Assembly (NCBI GenBank): GCA_021791635.1
Contig: JAJYWF010000002.1
Coordinates: 4,392 to 68,391 of the forward strand
Source of the DNA: Actinomycetes bacterium
GTDB taxonomy: Bacteria > Actinomycetota > Acidimicrobiia > Acidimicrobiales > RAAP-2
Direction of reading: 5' to 3'
DNA length: 64,000 nucleotides
A program made the position numbers and the translations under genes. Under the pieces are notes generated by a model. That model was not told the DNA's origin and did no database searches. It was given only the letters and a program-made list of their open reading frames with translations. The number at the start of each line of letters is the position of its first letter. The first letter of the stretch is position 1. Below, piece by piece: positions 33,099-44,560 of this stretch.

Positions 33099-33896
33099 TC
33101 AGTCGGGCCGAGGTGAGGTCACGTCCGCCAGCCGTTGGAGAAGCCGCACGGCCCCGGCCGCACCTTCGACCACGACGTCGGCGGCGGCGGCCACCTCCGG
33201 CGGGCTCTCACCGTCGACCACGGCTACCCGGGCCACGGTCACCCCGCTGGCGGACATCGCCGCCAGCGCCTCGAAAGCCGGGAGGTCGCCCAGGTCGTCA
33301 CCGAAACAGGCCACCGGTGTGAAGCCGGCCCCGAGCCGGCTCACCACCCGGCCCTTGTCCACGTCGAGGGGCGGGCGGAGCTCCATCGACATGCGTCCGG
33401 GCTGGACCGCCAGGCCGGTTCGCTCCACCTCTTCGTCGCAGAACCGGGCAACCCAGGCCTGGGCGTCTGGCCTGGCCCGCCAGTGCAAGGTCACCGAGAG
33501 GCCCTTCATCTCCACGCCGACCCGGCGGGGGGCCCGGGCCCCGGCCCGGTCGGCCACGTCGGCCACGATCGGACCCCAGGCGGCGGCCTCTTCGGCGACC
33601 GCCAGCACCCCGTCGGGGTCGACCATCTCCATCCCGTAGAGACCGGCCAGATGCACACCGACGGGGTGGTCCAGCACCTGTCGGAGAAAGGCGGCCGGCC
33701 GGCCGGACACCACCGCCACCAGCCCCAGACCGGCAGCCAGGCGGGTGAGCACGGTCGGCACACCGGGCAGCGGTCGGGCATCGGAGGGATCGTCCACGAT
33801 CGCCGCCAGCGTGCCGTCGAAGTCGACGAACAGCGCGCTCTGTGAGGGGCGATCCCGCAGCGGGGCCAGGGCGGTCGGGAGGTCCACCGAGGCCAT
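33099..33896 (-). CDS. otsB: Trehalose-phosphatase (HAD)
   Basis: HAD motif I FVDFDGTLA and GDDLGD. ATG at 33896. Confidence 0.75.
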   Translation of the reverse strand: MASVDLPTALAPLRDRPSQSALFVDFDGTLAAIVDDPSDARPLPGVPTVLTRLAAGLGLVAVVSGRPAAFLRQVLDHPVGVHLAGLYGMEMVDPDGVLAVAEEAAAWGPIVADVADRAGARAPRRVGVEMKGLSVTLHWRARPDAQAWVARFCDEEVERTGLAVQPGRMSMELRPPLDVDKGRVVSRLGAGFTPVACFGDDLGDLPAFEALAAMSASGVTVARVAVVDGESPPEVAAAADVVVEGAAGAVRLLQRLADVTSPRPD

Positions 33897-33901
33897 CTCG
33901 C

Positions 33902-34519
33902 TCAGGTGCCGGCAGCTGTTGTGCCCGAGCCGGACGTGGCTCCCGAAGACGACGTTGTGCCCGAGGAAACCGCCGTCGTACTGGTCGTGGTCGTGACCTG
34001 TGAGGACAGGTCCGGCCCCACCACCACCACCACGCTCGCGGCTGTGGCCCCGGTGATACCCGACGACGCCGGCAGCGGCTGGACGGCCGTCGCCTTGACG
34101 CCCAGGGTCGTCGCCAGCTGCTCCGCCGGCTTCTGCTGGCCACTGGCGAAGTACACCACCGAAGCTGTGACCTTGGGGGCTGTCGTGGGTGTCAAGGTAG
34201 TCCACCCTGCGGACTTCAGCTTGTTGGTGAAGTAGCCGGCAGCTCCTGTCGTGGTGCTGCCGTTGGCCACGAGCACTTTCACGCTCGGGCTCGGTGCCGG
34301 CGCCGTCGTCGTGGTCGTATGGGGCGTCGTGGTGGTGGTCGTGGTGGACGGCGGAGCGGCGGTCCCACTTCCTCTCGAACTTCCGACCCGGATGAGGAGG
34401 ACACCGAGCACCACGGCCACCACGATCAACACCACGGCCCGGCCGACGGCGATCCGCTCGGGACCCGGCCCTCCACCCCCTTCCCCGATGCGCCCGTCAG
34501 GGTTCTTCGGCCCGTTCAC
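33902..34519 (-). CDS. Membrane-anchored LytR_C-domain protein with poly-Thr linkers
   Basis: TM segment VVLIVVAVVLGVLLI, then a LytR_C-like VKVLVANGSTTTGAAGYFTNKLKSAGW. Confidence 0.7.
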   Translation of the reverse strand: MNGPKNPDGRIGEGGGGPGPERIAVGRAVVLIVVAVVLGVLLIRVGSSRGSGTAAPPSTTTTTTTPHTTTTTAPAPSPSVKVLVANGSTTTGAAGYFTNKLKSAGWTTLTPTTAPKVTASVVYFASGQQKPAEQLATTLGVKATAVQPLPASSGITGATAASVVVVVGPDLSSQVTTTTSTTAVSSGTTSSSGATSGSGTTAAGT

Positions 34520-34622
34520 CGGTTCAGCCTGCCAATCACCGGCGCCGGGCGCAAGGAGCAGGGGCGGTTCGGGGCATGATGATGCACGGGAGAAGGACCA
34601 CGAAGTGGACGGGAGGGATCAC

Positions 34623-35030
34623 ATGTGGAAGGACTTCAAGCAGTTCGTTCTCCGTGGGAACGTGACGGACCTGGCGATCGCAGTCATCATCGGGGCGGCG
34701 TTCACCGCCGTGGTGTCCGCGCTCGTCGAGGACCTCATCACGCCGCTGATCGCGGCCATCGTGGGGAAGCCCACATTCAGCCAGCTGACCTTCACGGTGC
34801 ACCACAGCATCTTCCACTACGGCTCGTTCGTGAACGCCGTCGTCACCTTCGTCATCGTGGCCCTGGTGGTGTTCTTCTTCGTGCTCAAGCCTCTGACGGC
34901 GCTCATGCACCGGATGGGAGTGCTCCCCCCTGAGGAGCCGCCGCGCAAACCGTGCCCCGAGTGCACTACCGAGATCCCCGAGGCGGCGCGGAGGTGCCCC
35001 CAGTGCACGGCCGTCCTGGTGAGCACCTGA
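34623..35030 (+). CDS. mscL: Large-conductance mechanosensitive channel with a C-terminal CxxC-N10-CxxC tail
   Basis: MWKDFKQFVLRGNVTDLAIAVIIGAAF. Tail is CPECTTEIPEAARRCPQC. Confidence 0.9.
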   Translation: MWKDFKQFVLRGNVTDLAIAVIIGAAFTAVVSALVEDLITPLIAAIVGKPTFSQLTFTVHHSIFHYGSFVNAVVTFVIVALVVFFFVLKPLTALMHRMGVLPPEEPPRKPCPECTTEIPEAARRCPQCTAVLVST

Positions 35031-35034
35031 GGGC

Positions 35035-35934
35035 TCAGCCCGGCCGCGCGGCCCGCTGGCGGGCAACTTCGAAGCACGCCAGCGCCCCGGCCACCCCCAC
35101 GTTCAGCGAGGGCACGGAGCCGTGTTGAGGGATGGAGACCACCGCATCGCACCGGCGACGGACGAGCGGTGCCAAGCCACGCTCTTCGCCCCCCACGACC
35201 AGGGCCACCGGACCCGTGCCCAGCGGGAGCTGGTACATGCTCTCGTGGGCCTCGCCGGCCAGGCCCACCGTCCACACACCGAGGGCCGCCAGCCGTTCGA
35301 TCGCCGCCGGGATGCCTCCCACGACGGCGAAGTCCAGGTGCTCGACGGCGCCGGCCGCCACCTTCACTGCGGTCGGGGTCAGACCGGCAGCCCGGTGACG
35401 GGCCAGCACCACCCCGGTGGCGCCGGCGCATTCGGCGCTCCTCAGAAGCGACCCGAGGTTCCTGGGATCGGTCACGCCGGAAACCACCAGGAGAAAGGGC
35501 TCACGACCTTCGGGGCCGTCGCGGACCAGACTTTCGAGAGGCACGTCCTCCACCGGCCGGGCCAGGGCCAACACTCCCTGGGGGGCGTCAGTACGGGCCT
35601 CGAGCTCGATCCGGCGGCGGGGCACCGTCTCCACCCGGACCCCCCGGCGGACGGCCCAGAACTCGATCTGGTCGAGCTGCGGGGACGGGTCGAGACCTTC
35701 GGCCAACCACAGGCGCCGGACCGGGCGCCGGCCGGAGGTCAGGAGCTCCAAGACAGCCCGCCGACCTTCGACCTGGTCGCCTCCGAGGCCGGGTGGCCGC
35801 GTACGGGGAACCCCGCCGCCGCGTCCGAGGACCCGGGCTCCACCGGAGCGACCTGCGCCGCCACCCCCGGCGCGACCTGCGCCGCCACCCCCGGCGCGAC
35901 CTGCGCCACGGGATCCCCCGGCCCGGGGACTCAT
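35035..35934 (-). CDS. rlmB: TrmH/SpoU-family 23S rRNA 2'-O-methyltransferase (RlmB-like) with a Gly/Arg-rich repeat N-terminus
   Basis: GSLLRSAECAG, LVVGGEERGL and IPQHGSVPSLNV. ATG at 35934 overlaps the ispF stop. Confidence 0.85.
   Translation of the reverse strand: MSPRAGGSRGAGRAGGGGAGRAGGGGAGRSGGARVLGRGGGVPRTRPPGLGGDQVEGRRAVLELLTSGRRPVRRLWLAEGLDPSPQLDQIEFWAVRRGVRVETVPRRRIELEARTDAPQGVLALARPVEDVPLESLVRDGPEGREPFLLVVSGVTDPRNLGSLLRSAECAGATGVVLARHRAAGLTPTAVKVAAGAVEHLDFAVVGGIPAAIERLAALGVWTVGLAGEAHESMYQLPLGTGPVALVVGGEERGLAPLVRRRCDAVVSIPQHGSVPSLNVGVAGALACFEVARQRAARPG
35848..35908. repeat. 24-bp in-frame tandem repeat (about 2.5 copies) at the rlmB 5' end
   Basis: gcgacctgcgccgccacccccggc at 35848 and 35872, partial copy at 35896. 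It encodes (AGRAGGGG)n. Confidence 0.95.
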
Positions 35935-36419
35935 GGGGCCTCGGGCACCGCGTCGAGGAGCACCACCGCCGTGCAGACCAGACCCTCGCCCCGACCCAGG
36001 GCGCCGAGCCCTTCGGCCCGGGTGGCTTTCACCGATACCGGAGCGCCCAGCACCGCCGCCACGCGTTCGGCCATCCGCCGGCTGTACGGCGCCAAGCGCG
36101 GGGCCTCGGTCACGACCGTGCAGTCGGCGTTCACGACCCGGAGACCGTGTCCCGAGACCATCTCCACCACCTGGGAGAGAAGGGCCAGGCTGTCGGCCCC
36201 TGACCACCGGGGGTCCGAATCGGGAAAGTGACCTCCGAGGTCACCGAGCCCGGCGGCACCCAGGAGGGCATCGGCCAGCGCGTGGGCCACGGCGTCCCCG
36301 TCGCTGTGCCCGGCCAGGCCCGGGCTCCCGGGGACCACGACCCCCCCGAGCACGAGCGGTCGGTCCGGATCGTCGGAGAAGGGGTGGATGTCGATCCCTT
36401 GACCGACGCGCAGCGTCAC
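35931..36419 (-). CDS. ispF: 2-C-methyl-D-erythritol 2,4-cyclodiphosphate synthase
   Basis: GIDIHPF and GHSDGDAVAHA. GTG at 36419 overlaps the ispD stop. Confidence 0.92.
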   Translation of the reverse strand: MTLRVGQGIDIHPFSDDPDRPLVLGGVVVPGSPGLAGHSDGDAVAHALADALLGAAGLGDLGGHFPDSDPRWSGADSLALLSQVVEMVSGHGLRVVNADCTVVTEAPRLAPYSRRMAERVAAVLGAPVSVKATRAEGLGALGRGEGLVCTAVVLLDAVPEAP

Positions 36420-37099
36420 CCGAGGACCTCCGGGCCGGCCGCCAAGAGGAGCTCGGCCCGGACCAGGTCGGCCGGCGTCGTGACCTTCACGTTGTCCGGG
36501 TCCCCGGGAACCACCCTCACCGTGGCTCCCAGCGCTTCGACCAGCGCCGCGTCGTCGGTGGCCTCCCCTGACGTGCCGTGCGCCCGACGCAGCACGTCGG
36601 TCCGAAAGGCCTGGGGGGTCTGCACGGCCACCAGCTCGGCACGGTCCAGCGTGCCGGCGACCGTGACCAGGGCTCCCGACCCCACCACTCGCTTCACGGT
36701 GTCCACGACCGGGACACCGCAGAGCGCCCCGGCGACCTCCCCTCCGACGGCGGCCACCACGTCGTGGAACAGACGGGGGCGAGCGAGGGGCCGCACGGCG
36801 TCGTGGACCACCACGACGGGGACGTCGGCCGGCACCTCGGACAAGCCCTGACGGACCGACGCCGAACGGGTGGGACCGCCGGGCACGACCAGGTCGGCGC
36901 CAAAGGACCCCTCGGGACGGGGACCGACGCCTTCGGGAACGACGACGACCACCTTGTCCGCCACCGATCGCGCCGCCGCCACCGACCACTCGACGACGAG
37001 ACGCCCGCCGAGCGGGGAGAACTGCTTGGGTCCGCCGAAGCGGCGACCGGAACCGGCGGCCACCACCACCGCCCACACCGGACCCGACGGCCGGGCCAT
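36416..37099 (-). CDS. ispD: 2-C-methyl-D-erythritol 4-phosphate cytidylyltransferase
   Basis: VVVAAGSGRRFG and VVVHDAVRP. Confidence 0.92.
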   Translation of the reverse strand: MARPSGPVWAVVVAAGSGRRFGGPKQFSPLGGRLVVEWSVAAARSVADKVVVVVPEGVGPRPEGSFGADLVVPGGPTRSASVRQGLSEVPADVPVVVVHDAVRPLARPRLFHDVVAAVGGEVAGALCGVPVVDTVKRVVGSGALVTVAGTLDRAELVAVQTPQAFRTDVLRRAHGTSGEATDDAALVEALGATVRVVPGDPDNVKVTTPADLVRAELLLAAGPEVLG

Positions 37100-37109
37100 G
37101 GACCGGCGT

Positions 37110-37586
37110 CTATGGCAGCGCTTCGTCGAGGCGCTGCTCGGCCGTCTCCTCGTCGACGGCCAGGGCGAAGGTCAGCTCGGAGACCAGGATCTGACGGGCC
37201 CGGCTCAGCATCTTCTTCTCACCGGCCGAGAGCCCTTTGTCCTTGTCACGGATGGAGAGGTTCCGGACCACTTCGGCGACCTGGTAGATGTCCCCGGATC
37301 GGAGCTTCTCGGAGTGGTTCTTGTACCGCCGGGACCAGTTCGTGGGCATCCGGGCTTCCTTCTTGCGGAGCACGGCGAACACCTCTTCGACCTCTTCGTC
37401 GTTTATCACCTCGCGCAGGCCGACACCTTCGGTGTTGTCAGCGGGAACCATCAGCGTCAGGTCGCCGTAGGCCAGCCGGAGCACCAGGTACTCACGGTTC
37501 TCGCCGAAGGCCTTCTTCTTCTCCCGACGCTCCACCACCGCCGCTCCGTGGTGGGGATAGACAACCTTGTCACCGACCTTGAACAC
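37110..37586 (-). CDS. carD: CarD-family RNA-polymerase-binding transcription regulator
   Basis: FKVGDKVVYPHHGAAVV. GTG at 37586 with AAGGAG 5 nt upstream. Confidence 0.92.
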   Translation of the reverse strand: MFKVGDKVVYPHHGAAVVERREKKKAFGENREYLVLRLAYGDLTLMVPADNTEGVGLREVINDEEVEEVFAVLRKKEARMPTNWSRRYKNHSEKLRSGDIYQVAEVVRNLSIRDKDKGLSAGEKKMLSRARQILVSELTFALAVDEETAEQRLDEALP

Positions 37587-37681
37587 AGAACTCCTTAGGT
37601 TGCTGACCGTTCGAGCACCCGGGTCGGCGCCGCCCTGTCGGGCCGCGCCGACCGGCACCGGCGGAGGGGGGGTGGGTGCAC

Positions 37682-37687
37682 CATTCT
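37682..37687 (-). promoter_or_regulatory. Candidate -10 hexamer TAGAAT of the carD promoter
   Basis: gcggTAGAATggtgc on the minus strand, about 95 nt upstream of the carD start. No clear -35. Confidence 0.4.
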
Positions 37688-37727
37688 ACCGCACCGGCGA
37701 ACACCGGCGGCTCGTGCCCGCACGTCG

Positions 37728-38849
37728 TCAGTCGTAGCGCTCGAGGATGCTGGCCTCGACCAGCCGGGCCAGGCCGTTCTTCACCGCCCGGGCCTTGGCG
37801 CCGCCCACCCCGCCCACCTGCTCCAAGTCTCCGAGAGACGCCTGCATGATCCGCGGGAGGGTGGCGAACTGCTCGACGATCCGCTCGATGGTGGCCTCGG
37901 ACACCCGTGGGAGGCGGCCGAGCAAGCGGAGCCCCCGGGCCTCCACCGCCTCTTCCAGGGCTGTCGGCCCCGAACCCAACCCCAGCGCCGCGACCACCTT
38001 GCCCATGTCCAACAGATCGTCCGAGCTGAGGCCGTGGAGGGTGGCCAGCGTCGCGTTGGCCCGGTGCTCACGGTCGGCGCGACGCCCTCCCCCACCCCCG
38101 CGCTTGCCGACTCTTCCCGCGCCCTCGGCCACGTAATCGAGCACGACGAGGCGCAGCGCCTCCTCGAGCCCGGCGGCGAGCTCGTCGACCTGGAGACGGA
38201 TGAGCCGGCCGTCGCTCCCGAGCTCGACCAGGTGGCCCCGGATCTCCTCGGAGAAGCGCAGCACCATCTCGCCCGGCTGGAGCACGGCGACGACGTCGCG
38301 TACGGACACGGCGTCTTCCACCTCCAGGGTGGACAAGGTGGCCAGGGCCACGTCGAAGCGGGTCTTGAACCGCTGCACGGTGGACAGCGCCTGGGCGGCC
38401 CGGTCCAGCACCCGGGCGGTGGGCTCCAAGGTGTGCTTACGGTCGTGGCGGTAGACGGCGACCGTCGACATCTCCTCGGAGACGGTGACCACGGGGACGT
38501 CGACCGAACGGGCCACCCGTTCGGCGGTCCGGTGGCGCGTCCCGGTCTCGCTGGTCGGGATGGAGGACCGGGGGACCAGGTGGACGTTGGCCCGGGCGAT
38601 CCTCGACGCGTCGGCGGCCAGGATGACGGCCCCGTCCATCTTGGCCAGCTCGGAGAGGCGCTGGGGGCTGAACTCGGCGTCGAGGAGGAAGCCCCCGGTG
38701 CAGATCGACAGCACGTCGGGTCCGTCGCCGATCACCACCAGAGCACCGCCTTTGGCCTGGAGGATACGTTCGAGCCCGGCCCGCAGCCCGGTCCCCGGAG
38801 CCACGAGGGCCATCGCCTGGATCAGCGGATCGCCGCCGGGTTCGGCCAC
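37728..38849 (-). CDS. disA: DNA integrity scanning protein / diadenylate cyclase DisA
   Basis: DAC motifs GALVVIG, DGAVIL and TGTRHRTAERV. C-terminal HhH. GTG at 38849 overlaps radA by 28 nt; an alternative ATG at 38813 does not. Confidence 0.9.
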   Translation of the reverse strand: MAEPGGDPLIQAMALVAPGTGLRAGLERILQAKGGALVVIGDGPDVLSICTGGFLLDAEFSPQRLSELAKMDGAVILAADASRIARANVHLVPRSSIPTSETGTRHRTAERVARSVDVPVVTVSEEMSTVAVYRHDRKHTLEPTARVLDRAAQALSTVQRFKTRFDVALATLSTLEVEDAVSVRDVVAVLQPGEMVLRFSEEIRGHLVELGSDGRLIRLQVDELAAGLEEALRLVVLDYVAEGAGRVGKRGGGGGRRADREHRANATLATLHGLSSDDLLDMGKVVAALGLGSGPTALEEAVEARGLRLLGRLPRVSEATIERIVEQFATLPRIMQASLGDLEQVGGVGGAKARAVKNGLARLVEASILERYD

Positions 38850-40273
38850 GACGGCATCGTACCCGTGGCGAGGGCCGGCACGTCCCCGCCGGCGCGATCC
38901 GTCAGCCCGAAGGCCACGTCGAGGGCCTCGACCAGCGTCCCAACCCGGAACAGAGCCAAGGCCGCTGGTCCCTCGGCCGTCGACGCCGGGACCAGCGCCC
39001 GCGTGAACCCGAGGCGGGCGGCCTCGGCCAGCCGGCGGTCGGCACCGGGGACCTGACGCACCTCACCGGCCAGCCCGATCTCGCCGAAGGAGATCAGGTC
39101 GGCCGGCAGGGCCAAGCCCTGCGCCGCCGACGCCACGGCCAAGGACACCGGAAGGTCGGTCGCCGGCTCCACCGCCCGGACCCCGGCGGTGGCCGAGACG
39201 AACAGCTCCCCCGACGCCGTGACCACCCCGGCCCGGCACTCCAGCACCGCCACCAGGCTGGCCAACCGGCGCGGGTCGATCCCCTGGGCCGTCCGGGCGG
39301 CGCTCCCCCTCCCGGCCCCGTAGGCCAGAGCCTGGATCTCGACGACCAGGGGACGCCGGCCGTGGAGGAGAGCGGACACGGCGCTCCCGGGCACCTCGGG
39401 GCGTCGATCGCCCAGGAGCAACGGGCCCGGGTCGGCCACCGCCCGCAGCCCCTCCTCGCCCATCTCGAACAGCCCGACCTCCCCGGTCGGGCCGAAGCGG
39501 TGCTTCACCGCTCGCAGCAGGCGGAGGGCGTGGTGGCGGTCCCCTTCGAAGGAGAGCACCGTGTCCACCAGGTGCTCGAGGGCCCGCGGCCCGGCGAGCC
39601 CGCCCTCTTTGGTCACGTGTCCCACCACGACCACGGCCGGGCCCTCCCGGCGGGCCAGCTGCGCCAGCCGGTCGGCACACGCCCGCACCTGGGCCAAGGT
39701 ACCGGGCACCCCGCTGACCTCGGGGTCGACCAGGGCCTGCACCGAGTCGGCCACCACCACGTCGGGGTGCACCGCGGCCACCGCCTCCCCGACGAGGGTC
39801 ACGTCGGCGCCGCCGACGACGAACAGTGACGGCGGGATCGGTCCGAGGCGTGCCGCCCGGACCCGCACCTGTGACGTCGACTCCTCGGCCGAAGCCAGGA
39901 GCGCCGACCTCCCCGACGACGCCGACGCCAGCAGCACCTGGAGCAACAGGGTCGACTTCCCCACCCCAGGCTCGCCGTAGACGAGGGTGAGCGACCCGGG
40001 CACCAGGCCCCCGGCCAGCACCCGGTCCATCTCTGCGACCCCCGTGGGCACCGGGCGGGCGGCATCGGGGTCCACTGCGGCCAGGGACACGGGCTCCCCG
40101 GGAGGGCCGCCCGACATCCCGCCGGGACCCGGGGCGGCGTGCCCACGTCCCGCCGGACGGACCTCCAACGAGTTCCACTCGGCGCACCCCGGGCAGCGCC
40201 CGACCCACCTCTGGGCCGGCGTGCCGCAGGACCGGCAGCGGTAGACGTTCGACGGACGAGGCACGGCACGCAA
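38822..40273 (-). CDS. radA: DNA repair protein RadA/Sms
   Basis: Zinc ribbon CRSCG..CPGC, Walker A GEPGVGKSTLLLQ, VKHRFGPTGE and a Lon-like C-terminus. First start is TTG at 40273 (GTG at 40264 is possible). Confidence 0.92.
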   Translation of the reverse strand: MRAVPRPSNVYRCRSCGTPAQRWVGRCPGCAEWNSLEVRPAGRGHAAPGPGGMSGGPPGEPVSLAAVDPDAARPVPTGVAEMDRVLAGGLVPGSLTLVYGEPGVGKSTLLLQVLLASASSGRSALLASAEESTSQVRVRAARLGPIPPSLFVVGGADVTLVGEAVAAVHPDVVVADSVQALVDPEVSGVPGTLAQVRACADRLAQLARREGPAVVVVGHVTKEGGLAGPRALEHLVDTVLSFEGDRHHALRLLRAVKHRFGPTGEVGLFEMGEEGLRAVADPGPLLLGDRRPEVPGSAVSALLHGRRPLVVEIQALAYGAGRGSAARTAQGIDPRRLASLVAVLECRAGVVTASGELFVSATAGVRAVEPATDLPVSLAVASAAQGLALPADLISFGEIGLAGEVRQVPGADRRLAEAARLGFTRALVPASTAEGPAALALFRVGTLVEALDVAFGLTDRAGGDVPALATGTMPSWPNPAAIR

Positions 40274-40334
40274 GCTAGGCCGGGGGTGTGACTCCAGGAG
40301 TGGGGCGGTGCCGGCGAGTGACCGGGCGCCAGGC

Positions 40335-42848
<2,514 letters not shown>

Positions 42849-42988
42849 GTGACCGCCTCCGTCGTAGGTCGTCCTTGGGAAGCCAGTGTACAGGGAGCAC
42901 CCCTCGACACCGGCGCGACCGGGTGGCTCAGGCGGGCGGCCGGTCCGGGCTGTACGACCCGCCGAGAGGTCGCCTATCGTCTGGGACA

Positions 42989-43963
42989 GTGAACCCTGTC
43001 GAAGCGCTCGGCCTTCCCCACCTGGCAGAGGACCTGTCGGCGCTGGAACCCCTGCTCACCGCTTCGGTCACCACCGGAGACAACTTCCTCGACGACGTGA
43101 CCACCCACCTCATCGCCGCGGGGGGGAAGCGCCTGAGGCCGACGCTGGCCATCGCCGCCGCCACCGGTGGTCGGTCTCCGGCCACCGAGGACCAGCTCTT
43201 GGGCGGGGTGGCGGTGGAGCTCGTCCACCTGGCGTCGCTGTACCACGACGACGTGATCGACGAGGCCACCATCCGACGGAACGTCGAGAGCGTGAACAGC
43301 CGGTTCGGGAACCTGGTGGCCATCGTGGCCGGGGACTACCTCCTGGCCCGCTCGGCAGCCATCGCCGCCGGGCTCGGTACCGAGATCGCCGGGCTCCTGG
43401 CCGACACGCTCGGCCGGCTGTGCCAGGGCCAGGTGACCGAAGTCCGGTCGTCGTTCCAGGTGGGGCGCACCCGCGACGAGTACTTCGCCGCCATCGCCGG
43501 GAAGACGGCGGCGCTCATGGCCACCTCGTGCCGGATCGGCGCGCTGACCGGGGGGGCCCCCGACGACGAGGTCTCGGCCCTGACCACCTTCGGCCACTCC
43601 CTCGGAATGGTCTTCCAGCTGAGAGACGACGTGCTCGACGTCGTGGCCAGCGACGGCGAGCTCGGGAAACCGGCCGGACAGGACCTGGCCGAGGGGATCT
43701 ACACCCTCCCGGTCATCGTGGCCCTCCAAGACCCGGGAACCGGTCCCGAGCTGCGATCCCTCCTCGGCCTGCCGCTGGCCCAGCCCGAGCGGGAGAAGGC
43801 CCGCCAGATCGTGGCCTCGTCTCCGGGTGTGTCGGCGACGGTGGCCGAGGCCCGCCGTTACGCCGACGACGCCGCGGCCGCGGCCGCCGGTGTGCGTTCG
43901 AGCGAAGTGGCCGCCGGCCTGGCCAGGCTGGTCGAGTCCCTCCTCGACGACCTGGTCGGCTGA
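42989..43963 (+). CDS. Trans-polyprenyl diphosphate synthase
   Basis: Two Asp-rich motifs, LYHDDVIDE and QLRDDVLD. GTG at 42989. Chain length cannot be called. Confidence 0.85.
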   Translation: MNPVEALGLPHLAEDLSALEPLLTASVTTGDNFLDDVTTHLIAAGGKRLRPTLAIAAATGGRSPATEDQLLGGVAVELVHLASLYHDDVIDEATIRRNVESVNSRFGNLVAIVAGDYLLARSAAIAAGLGTEIAGLLADTLGRLCQGQVTEVRSSFQVGRTRDEYFAAIAGKTAALMATSCRIGALTGGAPDDEVSALTTFGHSLGMVFQLRDDVLDVVASDGELGKPAGQDLAEGIYTLPVIVALQDPGTGPELRSLLGLPLAQPEREKARQIVASSPGVSATVAEARRYADDAAAAAAGVRSSEVAAGLARLVESLLDDLVG

Positions 43964-44008
43964 CTCCCGGCCCGGCGGCCGGCGGCCAACTGCGTTCTCG
44001 CCCGGGGC

Positions 44009-44398
44009 TCAGCCCTGCCCGGTGGACCCTGTGCCGGACCCGGTGCCCGTGCCCGATCCGGGGCACACCGTCTCGACCCTCTTCACCAGGGCGTTCAACC
44101 GGGTGTCGAGCGCCCCGAAGCGCTTGATCCGGTCCTCGATCCGGGTGGCCTGGCGTGTGCGGTGATGGGCCTTGGCGTTGGCCTCGCGCTGCTCGGCCTT
44201 GGGCAGCCAGGTGTCGTAGCGGGTGTTCAGCTTCTCCAGCCGGTCGACCAGTGCCGGCGCCTTGGCGCAGATCTTCGGTGGCGTCGTGGAGTGGGCCGCT
44301 GCCGAGCCGCCGCTGGCGGCCCCGGCGACCCCGGCGGCCCCCAGCGCAAGGGTGCTCCCCAGCGCTGCGGTGGCGACGATCTTGGTGATGGCGTTCAT
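44009..44398 (-). CDS. Small secreted protein (hypothetical), coiled-coil-like with a Gly/Thr/Ser tail
   Basis: Signal-peptide-like MNAITKIVATAALGSTLALGAAGVAGA and C-terminal GSGTGTGSGTGSTGQG. Confidence 0.55.
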   Translation of the reverse strand: MNAITKIVATAALGSTLALGAAGVAGAASGGSAAAHSTTPPKICAKAPALVDRLEKLNTRYDTWLPKAEQREANAKAHHRTRQATRIEDRIKRFGALDTRLNALVKRVETVCPGSGTGTGSGTGSTGQG

Positions 44399-44560
44399 CG
44401 GTGGATCCTCTCTCATCGTGGAATTCTGTTCGGCAGTGCTTCGGCGATCGGGTGATCGGCTGCGCTGCACTCCCGTTATGCCATGCCGGCATGAGGTCTC
44501 CATGATGCCAATGTGAGGGAGGTATGAGGGATCGGGCCGCCGGCAGTGCGCAGCGTCAGC

